Shown here one piece after another: positions 1-9,863 of a stretch of 32,000 nucleotides of DNA. The notes below the pieces were generated by a model. It worked only from the letters and a program-made list of their open reading frames with translations. It was not told the DNA's origin and did no database searches. The position numbers and the translations under genes are program-made. How positions within the stretch are numbered: the stretch's first letter is position 1; each line of letters begins with the position of its first letter. Origin of the DNA: Caldivirga maquilingensis IC-167 (lineage in GTDB: Archaea; Thermoproteota; Thermoprotei; Thermoproteales; Thermocladiaceae); contig NC_009954.1 of the NCBI RefSeq assembly GCF_000018305.1, positions 1,080,001-1,112,000 of the forward strand, read 5' to 3'.

Positions 1-450
1 ATTGGGTTGCCCAGTGAGGTTTATGATAAGCCGTTCAACATCTTCGTTGCCAATTTCATTGGTGATATAAACCTGATTGAGGGTTTCATAGAGAGTAATG
101 GCCCAGGGGTTTTGTTCAATGGCGGTGATGTGAAGATACCCCTAAGTGAAAAGTTGTTGGAGGCCCTGGATGAGCGTTCCAGTGTGGTTCTTGGTATTAG
201 GCCCGAGGATATTGTGTTGAGTAGAGAGGAGTTACAGGTTGGTGATGGGTTGGTTAATGTGGGTAGAGGTGTTGTGGAGATTTCGGAGTTTGCAGGTGGT
301 AAGTTCAATGTCATGGTTAGGATGAGTGGCATAGAGTTGAAGGTGGTTTCCTCGAGTAGTTTCGGTATTGGTGACCAGGTTAATGTGTACTTCAACATGA
401 ATAAGATTAAGCTCTTTAATAAGTCAACCGAGACCCTAATCTACGGTTAA
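1..450 (+). CDS. ABC sugar transporter ATP-binding subunit, C-terminal part (MalK/UgpC-like regulatory domain); 5' end lies outside the window
   Basis: Frame 1 is open from base 1 ([22 protein letters not shown]...). This is the segment that follows the H-loop in MalK-type ATPases, and it continues into a beta-rich C-terminal domain. Stop TAA at 448-450. Confidence 0.8.
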   Translation: MGLPSEVYDKPFNIFVANFIGDINLIEGFIESNGPGVLFNGGDVKIPLSEKLLEALDERSSVVLGIRPEDIVLSREELQVGDGLVNVGRGVVEISEFAGGKFNVMVRMSGIELKVVSSSSFGIGDQVNVYFNMNKIKLFNKSTETLIYG

Positions 451-466
451 TAATCCACAGATTAAA

Positions 467-1206
<740 letters not shown>

Positions 1207-1600
1207 TTCTTAAATTTATGCTTGTGATTCCTTAAACTAATGATGTTAATACCCTCATCATTTGGGTGTTTACCATATTTCAAAATAGATAATCAATAAC
1301 GAGCCTAAACACCACATACATAGGTTCCTTCATGACCATAGCACTACCCACGGAGCCCAATCCACACTCCTGGTCTATGTAAATAGTGCATTAACCCCAG
1401 TGCCTCTCAATGGCAGCAATGTGATAATACTCGTTTTAGGCATGCCTCAATATACATACTCTACATGCTTAGACTCACGGTATCCAGCGGCTTCGTCACA
1501 CTAAACGTTATTATAACTCAACCCTCTACGCTTATAACTACGTGTTGATTTACAATATAACACTATCGCTCATGAAATTTTTGTTTCCCTATATGTGGAA

Positions 1601-1612
1601 AAACTTAAAAGG
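1601..1612 (+). promoter_or_regulatory. TATA-like box (aaacttaaaagg) for the ABC binding-protein operon
   Basis: A/T-rich box centred about 27 nt upstream of ATG 1634. This spacing is typical of leaderless crenarchaeal transcripts. Confidence 0.35.
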
Positions 1613-1633
1613 AAGAAGTAATAGACTCTATTT

Positions 1634-3148
1634 ATGACGAGGAATATTCATAAGTCTGGGATCTCTAGAACGGTGCTCATAGTCATAGTGGCCGTGGTTG
1701 TGGTTGTTGTGGTGGTGGGTGGTGTGGTTGCGTATTATGTAACAAGGCCAACGCCAACGCCAACGCCCAAGTCAATTCTATTCTATACCTGGTGGGCCAC
1801 CGAAGGTAGGGTGGCTGGTGAGCATACCTGGCCCCTGTTTTCGCAGTACTTCCATATTTCCGTTTCACCGTATGTTGTTCCCGGCGCTGGCGGTACTGCC
1901 GCTAAGTATGCTATTATAGCGTTGATAGAGGCTGGTAAGCCTCCAACCGCATTCCAGAGTCATGAGGGGCCTGAGATGGTTAGTTATATTGAGATTGCGC
2001 CCCAGGGTGCTAATTCATTCTATAACACAACCTCATACTGGATGTCATTGGTGACCACGGGTAATGTGTCCATCCCAGTAATAGAGGCTGGGATGTACAA
2101 TGGCCATATGTACCTATTCCCAGTTAATGTACATAGGGGTGCGCTCCTATTCTTTAACCCACAGGTACTTCGTGAGTATAACCTACCAATACCAACCACA
2201 ATAGAGCAGTTATACTATGATGCCAAGGTTCTATATCAGCATGGAATATGCTTCATGATACCGGGCGCGGACAGTGGTTGGGATCAATTCAACCTATGGG
2301 AAAACATATTCCTGGCACTGGGCGGGCCCAAGTTATACATGGAGTTCCTATACGGAACCCTTAACTTAAGTGACCCACAGGTTCAGGAAATAATTAACGA
2401 GACCAACACCTGGTTCCTGAAGTTCCAAGCCCTCGACTGCCCAGGCTGGGAGTCCCTGACCTGGACCCAGGGGCTAGCTTGGGTTATTGAGGGTAAGGCA
2501 GCATTCCAGACACTTGGTGATTGGTGGGTTAACTATGCCTATGACTTCCTAAACGCAACAACATACCCAGCAATACCACCATACACCAGCTGGACCAACA
2601 TAACAGTCATGACGGAGCCATTCCCAGGGACAGCCAATGTATATGCGCTGGACGTTGATGCAGTGGCTGTGCCCGTGAGTCCCGAGGAGAAGTATGGTGT
2701 TTTGTTTGCTGAGTGGTGGAGCTCCTGGTATTGGGGCAGTGGGATACCCGGTGGCGATCCATCATGGACCAAGTGGAAGTCAGCCACATTTTACACCAAC
2801 ATAACCACGGACTACTACAACACGCCAGAGCAGTGGTGGAGTTATCAGCAATTGACGAACATGAGTAAGAACCCAAGTGATTGGTGTAACTTTGTTTATC
2901 AACTAAGTGATGGTGGGGTATTCGATGACGTATTTGCACAGGTTAATCAAGGACTACTCACATACGCCGAGGTGGGTTCTGTGGGTACGTCTCAATGGAT
3001 GAGCACCCTGGCCTCGGCATTAGCTGAGGAAAAGGCAGAGTGGTTGAAGGCCAATAGCCTAGGCCTTGGGTACCTGGGCTGGCCAGGGCATTACCTGGGC
3101 TGTTACGTACCACCGTGGGTTAGCAACACCAACACCTCGGGTAGCTAG
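1634..3148 (+). CDS. ABC transporter extracellular solute (sugar)-binding protein, membrane-anchored
   Basis: 504 aa with an N-terminal Val-rich TM anchor followed by a TPTPTP linker, as in archaeal sugar-binding proteins. Trp/Tyr-rich family-1 SBP-like body. Immediately followed by two permease genes. Confidence 0.8.
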   Translation: MTRNIHKSGISRTVLIVIVAVVVVVVVVGGVVAYYVTRPTPTPTPKSILFYTWWATEGRVAGEHTWPLFSQYFHISVSPYVVPGAGGTAAKYAIIALIEAGKPPTAFQSHEGPEMVSYIEIAPQGANSFYNTTSYWMSLVTTGNVSIPVIEAGMYNGHMYLFPVNVHRGALLFFNPQVLREYNLPIPTTIEQLYYDAKVLYQHGICFMIPGADSGWDQFNLWENIFLALGGPKLYMEFLYGTLNLSDPQVQEIINETNTWFLKFQALDCPGWESLTWTQGLAWVIEGKAAFQTLGDWWVNYAYDFLNATTYPAIPPYTSWTNITVMTEPFPGTANVYALDVDAVAVPVSPEEKYGVLFAEWWSSWYWGSGIPGGDPSWTKWKSATFYTNITTDYYNTPEQWWSYQQLTNMSKNPSDWCNFVYQLSDGGVFDDVFAQVNQGLLTYAEVGSVGTSQWMSTLASALAEEKAEWLKANSLGLGYLGWPGHYLGCYVPPWVSNTNTSGS

Positions 3149-3161
3149 TACGGTGATTTTT

Positions 3162-4022
3162 ATGAGATCTAATCTCAAAATTATATTTACATTTTCCCTA
3201 CCCGTACTATTCTTCGGCGCCTTCTTACTCTACATATTCGCGTGGACTTATTACTACTCGTTTACGAATTGGTCATTATTTAATCCAACGCCTCAATTCG
3301 TGGGTTTACAGACATACATTAAGATTTTAAAGACACCAATCACCGTAGCCTCCCTGGAGAGGTCCCTGCTACTTGCGGTATTAGTTGTTGCTGCTGGTAA
3401 TGTGGTTGGTATTGCCATAGCCGGCTTATTATTCTTCCTAAGGAGTAATGTTCAGCGTAATGTGTACCTATCAATAATAATATACCCATTTGCAATGCCC
3501 ATGATAGCCAGCGCCTTCGTATGGCTGTGGCTGTATAATGTTCAGTATGGGTTTGACTGGCTGTTTAAGTTAATGGGGCTACCCACAATTAATTGGCTGG
3601 GCTCATCAAATGCCTTCTGGAGCATATTCTTAATCACCATCTGGGCATACTCAGGGCTTGCGGTCCTCTTCTACCTGGCAATGCTCATGAATGTACCATC
3701 ATCAATAATCGACGCCGCTAAGGTTGATGGCGCGGGCACAATGACCATATACCTAAGGGTCCTGCTACCCAATGCTAGGGGGGCCCTCATAATATCCTCA
3801 GCATTACTATTCCTCTTTGCCCTGAGAATATTCTCATTACCCTACGGCATGGTGGGTCTTAACCCATTCGTGGAGACCGCGGTGATAAACCTGTACTGGG
3901 ACTATATAACCGAGTTCTTCGCTGAATCCACCGCAATAGCCGGTATATTAATCGCCATATCCGTTGCAGTAATAGTACCCTACGCATTGTATGGGCTGAA
4001 GAGGTGGGTGCTGCAGGGGTGA
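3162..4022 (+). CDS. ABC sugar transporter permease (MalF/UgpA-like)
   Basis: Multi-TM protein with an EAA-type loop (IIDAAKVDGAGTMTIYLRVLLP). I chose ATG 3162 (MRSNLKII...), 14 nt after the SBP stop, rather than the ORF-track start 3066, which overlaps the SBP gene. Confidence 0.85.
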   Translation: MRSNLKIIFTFSLPVLFFGAFLLYIFAWTYYYSFTNWSLFNPTPQFVGLQTYIKILKTPITVASLERSLLLAVLVVAAGNVVGIAIAGLLFFLRSNVQRNVYLSIIIYPFAMPMIASAFVWLWLYNVQYGFDWLFKLMGLPTINWLGSSNAFWSIFLITIWAYSGLAVLFYLAMLMNVPSSIIDAAKVDGAGTMTIYLRVLLPNARGALIISSALLFLFALRIFSLPYGMVGLNPFVETAVINLYWDYITEFFAESTAIAGILIAISVAVIVPYALYGLKRWVLQG

Positions 4023-4027
4023 TGTGA

Positions 4028-4849
4028 ATGCCCAGCGCCAGGTACGTACTTTATCAGCTGGTCCTTGGCGTAATCATTGCGATTTGGTTAATACCACTCT
4101 ATGCCATGGTCATTAACTCCTTCAAATCCAACATGGATGCTCTATCAACACCGGTGCTTATACCTCGGGGGTTCCATGTTAGTAATATAGTCACCGCGGC
4201 CCAGGCGTTGGCGTATGGCTTAGTTAATAGTGTGATTGTTGTGTTACCCACTGTGGTAATATCCACATTACTGGGCGCCTTATCGGCATTTGGATTCTAT
4301 AGGGTTAAGCATTGGCTTAGTGACTTCCTCTTTACGCTAGTGGCCATAGGCACCTTCATACCCTATCAAGTGGCTGCTGTACCGCTTGTGAAGATAATGG
4401 TGCCCCTGGGACTCTTTAACTCCTACTGGGGGTTGATACTGGCATACTTAATATTCTTCGTACCCGCAGGGGCCTTGTTAATGTCCATATTCATCTCAGT
4501 AATACCCAAGGACTATGTGGAGATGGCGTACATAGACGGTGCTAGTGACTTAACGGTGTTCCTGAGGATAGTACTACCCCTGACAATGCCCGGTGTCATA
4601 GCTACTGCAATATACATACTAATAATGTCCTGGAACAACTTCTTCATACCACTGGTCGTCATAAAATCACCTGAGTTAAGGCCCATAGCACTCGCCGTTG
4701 AGAGATACATGGGCGGTTACGGGGTACTGTATAATGAATTCTACGCTGCGGCATTAATAGCGGCTATAGTGCCGCTGGTGATCTTCATACTACTGGGTAG
4801 GTACTTCATAAGGGGGTTGCTGGCCCTGGGCGCTGGCACAAAGGGTTGA
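4028..4849 (+). CDS. ABC sugar transporter permease (MalG/UgpE-like)
   Basis: 273 aa, six predicted TM segments, EAA loop (EMAYIDGASDLTVFLRIVLPLTMPG). Starts 5 nt after the previous permease. Confidence 0.9.
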   Translation: MPSARYVLYQLVLGVIIAIWLIPLYAMVINSFKSNMDALSTPVLIPRGFHVSNIVTAAQALAYGLVNSVIVVLPTVVISTLLGALSAFGFYRVKHWLSDFLFTLVAIGTFIPYQVAAVPLVKIMVPLGLFNSYWGLILAYLIFFVPAGALLMSIFISVIPKDYVEMAYIDGASDLTVFLRIVLPLTMPGVIATAIYILIMSWNNFFIPLVVIKSPELRPIALAVERYMGGYGVLYNEFYAAALIAAIVPLVIFILLGRYFIRGLLALGAGTKG

Positions 4850-4882
4850 TAAATCAATCCCTAAAACCTAGGACATTATTTA

Positions 4883-5271
4883 ATAATTGTTGAGATTAAG
4901 GATATAAGTGAGGTCCCTAGGCATGGTAACTCATCCGTTAAGGTTAGGATTATTATGAATGGTGTATGCGGTAGTGATAGGGAGATTGTTAATGATAGGT
5001 TATCAATGGCGAGGCCACCACCAATAAGGATTGGTTAATACTGGGCCATGAAGTGGTGGCTGTCGTGGAGGACTCTGGGGTTCCTCGATTTAGGTCTTGC
5101 GATTACGTTATGCCCATTAATAGGAGGAGTTATGGTGGTAAATACCCCAACTGTCTCGTGGGTAAGCCCCGACTTTTGCAAGTTTGGTGAGTTTGTGAGG
5201 AGGTTACTACTGGTGGCTATGTTCACCAAACTTCAGGAGAATTTATTAAGGCAAAACATGCTACTACGTAG
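4883..5271 (+). pseudogene. Remnant of a glucose-1-dehydrogenase-like / Zn-dependent MDR dehydrogenase (N-terminal ~130 codons, frameshifted)
   Basis: Reads ...VEIKDISEVPRHGNSSVKVRIIMNGVCGSDREIVNDRLSMARPPPIRIG* (stop at 5036-5038). A second frame gives LGHEVVAVVEDSGVPRFRSCDYVMPINRR. A third gives PNCLVGKP/DFCKFGEFV. Together these are the GxCGxDxE, GHE and Cys-rich structural-zinc blocks of archaeal glucose dehydrogenases. No start codon, and the Rossmann-fold half is missing. Confidence 0.65.
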
Positions 5272-5561
5272 TATTGACACTGAGGAATTGAAGAATACTG
5301 TGATTGAATTAGTTGAGAAATACGTTAATAAAACCATGATGAAGAATATTCCAATATTTCCACTAGCAACCGTAGCCATTGGCGCAGTAGCCGCTGCATT
5401 AGCCTTTGTATATTGGTAAAAGTGGATTAAATGTAGTATTCAATATTGTCTACCAGTATGAAGGTATTAGCGACCTCAGTAGGCGAGTACATGTTTAAGA
5501 ATATTATAATGAATATGAATAAATCGAAAATCCCAAAAGGAATTTTTAGAGGGTAATTAGA

Positions 5562-6533
5562 ATGGTTTTTAAGCCAAGAATATTAGTTGGTTTGATTAAT
5601 GTGCTTAACCTTGGCTTGGAATTCCTGGTTGATGAAGTGGTGCCGTTGATTAAGGCGGAGGTTGCTAGGGAGCTTGCTGAGAGGGGTTATTCCCAGTCTA
5701 GGATAGCTAAGATACTTGGGGTTACTCAACCAATGGTTAATAGGTTAATGAACCAGTATGAGTATTATGTTGAGAAGGCTAGGAAACTGAACCTATGGGG
5801 TATGGTGGTTAATGTTAGTAGGGCTGTGGTTGAGATGATTATTAGTGATCGTTATGATGAAGCCTCAAGGTACATTATGAGTACTCTATTACTTGATTTA
5901 GCTAGCCTAAGGCTCTGTGATGCCCATAGGATGGTTAAGACGGATATACCGGCTAATTGTAGTGTGTGTTCAATACTGATAATGCCTAGGGATGCGGTTA
6001 TTATGAATGTTGAGGAGGCTGTTAGGATTCTTGAGGCGAACCCTGAGGTTGCGTTGCTGGTGCCTGGTGTCTTAATGAATATAGCTGAGGCAATACCCAA
6101 CCCCAGGGATCCAGCTGATGTGGCTGCTGTACCAGGTAGAATAGATAGGGTTGAGGGGAGGGTGAAGGCGTGGAATCCCCCAGCCTACGGGGCCAGTGGT
6201 CACTTGGCAATGATACTCATAGGTATTTCCCACAGTGACCCATCCACTAGGGCTGTGGCTTCAATTAAGTGGGGGAGTGATGTGGAGGAGGCTATTAAGT
6301 CCCTTGGGTGGAGTATGGTGAAGACCAGTGGGTCAATGAAGCCCAGTGAGGAGGAGATAATAAGTAGGGTTGTTTCAGCCTACATAACCGGTAAACCCAG
6401 GGTAATCGTGGACACTGGGGGTTATGGTGTTGAGCCGATAACCTACGTGTTCGGTAGTAATGCCGTTGAGGTTGCGCTTAACGTTGTCTCACTGGCTAAG
6501 GAGGTGGCTAAGTTAGCTAGGACTAATCAATAA
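5562..6533 (+). CDS. HTH DNA-binding domain fused to a ThiN (thiamine-phosphate synthase-like) domain; ThiR-like regulator
   Basis: The N-terminus has an HTH (YSQSRIAKILGVTQPMVNRLMNQ). The C-terminal ~170 aa match the ThiN pattern (PGVLMNIAEA...VAAVPGRIDRVEGRVKAWNPPAYGASGHLAMILI...RAVASIKW). Confidence 0.65.
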   Translation: MVFKPRILVGLINVLNLGLEFLVDEVVPLIKAEVARELAERGYSQSRIAKILGVTQPMVNRLMNQYEYYVEKARKLNLWGMVVNVSRAVVEMIISDRYDEASRYIMSTLLLDLASLRLCDAHRMVKTDIPANCSVCSILIMPRDAVIMNVEEAVRILEANPEVALLVPGVLMNIAEAIPNPRDPADVAAVPGRIDRVEGRVKAWNPPAYGASGHLAMILIGISHSDPSTRAVASIKWGSDVEEAIKSLGWSMVKTSGSMKPSEEEIISRVVSAYITGKPRVIVDTGGYGVEPITYVFGSNAVEVALNVVSLAKEVAKLARTNQ

Positions 6534-6632
6534 TGCCTTCAGGCTTAAGGAAAAGAATCCCTATTTAAACCAAGTGAACCTAATGGCAAATTCATAATAC
6601 CCTACTTCTCAAGGGTTGAGGTAAGGTTTAAG

Positions 6633-7751
6633 CTAGGGTGCGGTTACTGTTTTAGTGAGCATAAGCTTCACGCCCTCAGCCTTAAGTCCATTGAGAACAT
6701 GCCTCAATACATCCTTATTCTCAAAATAAGCCTCCTCAATTGGGAGCAAGCCACTACCCTTAATCACACCCCTTGCCACTAAGTCAGCTACCACGGCTGC
6801 TGTGAACCCAGTTAACCTAGCCATTGACGTGAAGCCACCCCTTGCGTAATCAATACCCTCAAAGGCAACCCTGGCAGGCTCACCATTAATCACACCCCTA
6901 GCCTCCACCACAGTTAGTGAGAAATCCTCAACACCCTGCCTCATTATGCTGCTTAAGGATTTAACCAATGCCTCACTACCCAGTAAGCCAACATCCTTAA
7001 GAATCCTCATAACCTCAAGGTGCCTACTCCACCTAATGGTTCTCTCATACATTGTTTTAATTGACTTAAACCGCCTAGGCATGGTGACGATTAGTGTTGA
7101 TAAACCGTCGGTGTAGAATTCAGAGAAGTCACCGTCAATGAGCCAGGTCCTAAACGGGTATATTGATGATAATGGGTCAACACTCTTTAACTCACCGTTA
7201 ATCATAATTGTGGCCGGCCTCACGTACTCCTCAATGGTGCTTTCAACGGAGAATAACACATCATAGTACAGTGGTGGCCTTGGGTTCACTGGATTACCAC
7301 CAACATGAATCCCCAACTCCTCAACAGCATCCAACTCTGAGGATGCTGCAGCTGCAAGTAGGTTGGTTAAGCCTGGAGCCCAACCGCAGGCCGGTATTAC
7401 AAGGGATCCATTACTAACCCTCCCAGCGGTTTCACTATTAAACCTCCATAGGAATATTAAATCAATAACCTTAGCCCCATATTCATGAAGCTTAAAAACC
7501 AGTGAATCGGCAATGGACTGTGGCACAGCGGTTAATACTACATCAGAATCACCGGCAATCCTCCTGGCGACCTCATCATTCATGGCATCAGCCTTAACGG
7601 CATTAATCCCCAGGCTTAATGCAGCATTAACCGCCTCACTGGATTTATCGTAACCCAATACCTCATGATTAGTGTGCTTAATCAAGTAGTATGAGGCAGC
7701 CCTACCCATTGGACCCAAACCCACTACGGTAATCAACCCCATAATTACCAC
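6633..7751 (-). CDS. Saccharopine dehydrogenase-family NAD(P)-binding oxidoreductase
   Basis: 372 aa with an N-terminal Rossmann motif (VVGLGPMGRA) and a C-terminal saccharopine-DH-like domain (ACGWAPGLTNLLA, GGNP). Confidence 0.75.
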   Translation of the reverse strand: MVIMGLITVVGLGPMGRAASYYLIKHTNHEVLGYDKSSEAVNAALSLGINAVKADAMNDEVARRIAGDSDVVLTAVPQSIADSLVFKLHEYGAKVIDLIFLWRFNSETAGRVSNGSLVIPACGWAPGLTNLLAAAASSELDAVEELGIHVGGNPVNPRPPLYYDVLFSVESTIEEYVRPATIMINGELKSVDPLSSIYPFRTWLIDGDFSEFYTDGLSTLIVTMPRRFKSIKTMYERTIRWSRHLEVMRILKDVGLLGSEALVKSLSSIMRQGVEDFSLTVVEARGVINGEPARVAFEGIDYARGGFTSMARLTGFTAAVVADLVARGVIKGSGLLPIEEAYFENKDVLRHVLNGLKAEGVKLMLTKTVTAP

Positions 7752-8015
7752 CTAGCCTTAACTCAATAGGTATCTAAAGTATTCCTACATTAACCACCAT
7801 AAGGCAGTGTACTTTAATACCCATCAGGACTATTAAAAATACCGCTAGTTAATCACCATGGAAAAGCCCTAAAATAATGTGCAGCATAGTTAAGTGAATT
7901 TTATGCCTGCATTATGGTTAACGTAGCCTCAATCCTTAAGATTACTAAATATGGCTAGCATTGAGATGCAGTCAAGGAGGAAAGCATTTATTAACTTGTA
8001 GAGGATTATGCAAGT

Positions 8016-8486
8016 ATGATGAGGGGGTTATTAATTACAGGCATTGCACTTATTGTGGCTGCACTGGTGCTCTTCATAGTAGGTGCCTATGCCATTAGTA
8101 GATCCTTTAAGCCATTAACTACAACAGTAACATTGAATCCTGGTGAAAATGAAACAATCGGTGTTGCGACGCCTGGGAGGGCATTAACAATGTATTACAC
8201 GGATTCAATAAATAAGCCATTGAGGGTATACACTAATGAGTCAGGCTTCATGGCCACTACTTATAGGGCTGGCTACTACGTAGTCGTCTTCACAATACTT
8301 AATGGTACCAGTGCACTGTATTTGATTAATAATTACTCAGCGCCGGTTACGGTTAAGTATAGTATAGTTAACTTAGCATTATCCTCATCAATAGTGAGCG
8401 GCGTATTGGTTATAGTAAGCATAGTAGTAGGTATAATTGGAGTAATACTTATAATATTAGGATTAGTATTGAGATCAAGTAAATAA
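8016..8486 (+). CDS. Hypothetical membrane protein (N- and C-terminal TM segments)
   Basis: 156-aa ORF with a TATA-like catttattaac about 30 nt upstream. Hydrophobic termini flank an N-x-S/T-rich middle. No family recognised. Confidence 0.5.
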   Translation: MMRGLLITGIALIVAALVLFIVGAYAISRSFKPLTTTVTLNPGENETIGVATPGRALTMYYTDSINKPLRVYTNESGFMATTYRAGYYVVVFTILNGTSALYLINNYSAPVTVKYSIVNLALSSSIVSGVLVIVSIVVGIIGVILIILGLVLRSSK

Positions 8487-8666
8487 GTTTCATTAATGGA
8501 TTATTAAAACCATGATTCATGTTCAAGTTAACTAGACTCCAGTACGCCTCCCTACTCATCCTATTAAGCAGTCATTCCCTATAACTCATCCTCCTAATCC
8601 TCGTAATCCCACACTCAGTGCGTTCCCTGGTTACGAGTTTGAGAACTTTACCCTGCATGAAGGCAA

Positions 8667-8754
8667 TGGTGCGGGGGGTGGGATTTGAACCCACGCAGGC
8701 CTACGCCAACGGGACCTCAACCCGCCCCCTTTGACCAAGCTCGGGCACCCCCGC
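8667..8754 (-). tRNA. tRNA-Leu (anticodon GAG), class II with long variable arm, encoded CCA
   Basis: Reverse complement reads GCGGGGGTGCCCGAGCTTGGTCAAAGGGGGCGGGTTGAGGTCCCGTTGGCGTAGGCCTGCGTGGGTTCAAATCCCACCCCCCGCACCA. It has a 7-bp acceptor stem, anticodon loop TTGAGGT, T-arm GTGGG-TTCAAAT-CCCAC and a 14-nt variable arm. Confidence 0.9.
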
Positions 8755-8797
8755 CGCTGGGCTTAGTATATTAAGGCTTATAAGGCTTACCCATGCC

Positions 8798-9223
8798 TTA
8801 ACCCAACTCCCCAGTGGTAGGTATTTTACTTAAGTTAAAATCCTTAAGCAATTTAATAACCCCCTTAAGTGTACCAGCCTCCTCGGCTAACCTAAGTATT
8901 AATGGTATGTTGACTTGGGTTAAATTAATTCTATTAACTAATCCCCAGTACTCAGTACTGTTGAGTGGTAGTGATGCTATGAAGTCCTCTAGGCTAACGT
9001 GAGGTAAGCCACCAATGTATACAGCCCTATTGGAGAAGCCCACCACCCCAACCTTAAACACCCTTAACCCTCCCGGTACTGCATCAATGTCACTTACGTG
9101 GACGGCAACATCATCAGTGTCCCCAATACCCATTATTCTCCTAAACATTGATAATGGTCCACAAGCCACCTCAAGCCTATTCCTTAAATCCCAGTAGGCA
9201 TCATCACAGTTCAGTTTAATCAC
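8798..9223 (-). CDS. Hypothetical protein (141 aa)
   Basis: ORF starts 3 nt downstream of the stop of the preceding gene on the same strand, so co-transcription is likely. No recognisable motifs. Confidence 0.5.
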   Translation of the reverse strand: MIKLNCDDAYWDLRNRLEVACGPLSMFRRIMGIGDTDDVAVHVSDIDAVPGGLRVFKVGVVGFSNRAVYIGGLPHVSLEDFIASLPLNSTEYWGLVNRINLTQVNIPLILRLAEEAGTLKGVIKLLKDFNLSKIPTTGELG

Positions 9224-9226
9224 CGG

Positions 9227-9724
9227 TTAAGGAGCCATCTTGTAACCGAACCTCCTAACCAATTCCTTACGTTCCTTAGCATCCTCAGGTTTTTCAACCC
9301 CTAGGGGTGAGTAACCATCCACAACACCAACCACACCCCTGCGTTCAGGGGCTATTTCAGCAACTATTATGGAGAGGGGGTTACCTGTGGCTGCAAGTAT
9401 CCTGGTAACCTCCTTAACATTCTTTATAGCGTTTAAGACGTTTATCGGGTAGGCGTTCCTAATGAATATTACGAATACGTGCCCAGCCGCTATTCTTGAG
9501 CATAGGTCAATGGCGGCGCCCCTAAGCTCCTCATCATTACCCTCATGCCTAATAAGCCTCTTACCACTGGCCTCGCAGAAGGCTAACCCAAACTTAATGC
9601 CTGGGACTGAGGATACTAGGGCTTCGTAAAGATCCTCAACAGTCATTATGAAGTGCGAGTACCCTATTATTACGTTTGAGTCAGGTGGATACTTAACATC
9701 CACCACATCAAACTTAATACTCAT
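9227..9724 (-). CDS. Adenosine-specific-kinase family protein (PAE2307/DUF355-like)
   Basis: 165 aa. The conserved blocks [44 protein letters not shown] and ILAATGNP match my memory of this small archaeal family. Confidence 0.6.
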   Translation of the reverse strand: MSIKFDVVDVKYPPDSNVIIGYSHFIMTVEDLYEALVSSVPGIKFGLAFCEASGKRLIRHEGNDEELRGAAIDLCSRIAAGHVFVIFIRNAYPINVLNAIKNVKEVTRILAATGNPLSIIVAEIAPERRGVVGVVDGYSPLGVEKPEDAKERKELVRRFGYKMAP

Positions 9725-9863
9725 ATTAACCTTTAACTAATTAAGGGATTTAAGCATTACACTCACGTGCCATAACACCGGTATGAACCTTAACTTTTAA
9801 TTCACCACAGCCTAATCATAATTCACTAAGTTCCTGATTCCTAATGTTTTCCACGTAATTAAG

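Noticed and set aside
21-398. 125-aa minus-strand ORF
   Set aside because: It is fully antisense to the well-supported MalK-like coding frame. The product is low-complexity Ser/Leu/Pro-rich with no motifs. It looks like a typical shadow ORF.
1207-1633. 427-bp intergenic region upstream of the binding-protein gene, scanned for sRNA, CRISPR or small ORFs
   Set aside because: No repeats, no GC-rich structured segment and no ORF with a recognisable product. It probably contains only promoter sequence and further gene debris.
1683-1868. 61-aa minus-strand ORF
   Set aside because: It is antisense to the Val-run/TP-linker of the binding protein. The Pro/Gln-rich product is an artefact of the GT-rich repeat.
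5048-5419. 123-aa plus-strand ORF
   Set aside because: Its first ~75 codons are an out-of-frame reading of the glucose-dehydrogenase-like remnant. Only the last ~30 aa (a possible TM segment) are unexplained. I did not call it as a gene.
8487-8797. tRNA-Leu as an integration site for a mobile element
   Set aside because: I noticed no second copy of the tRNA 3' half in the window and no integrase nearby. The flanking sequence shows only a 28-aa ORF.
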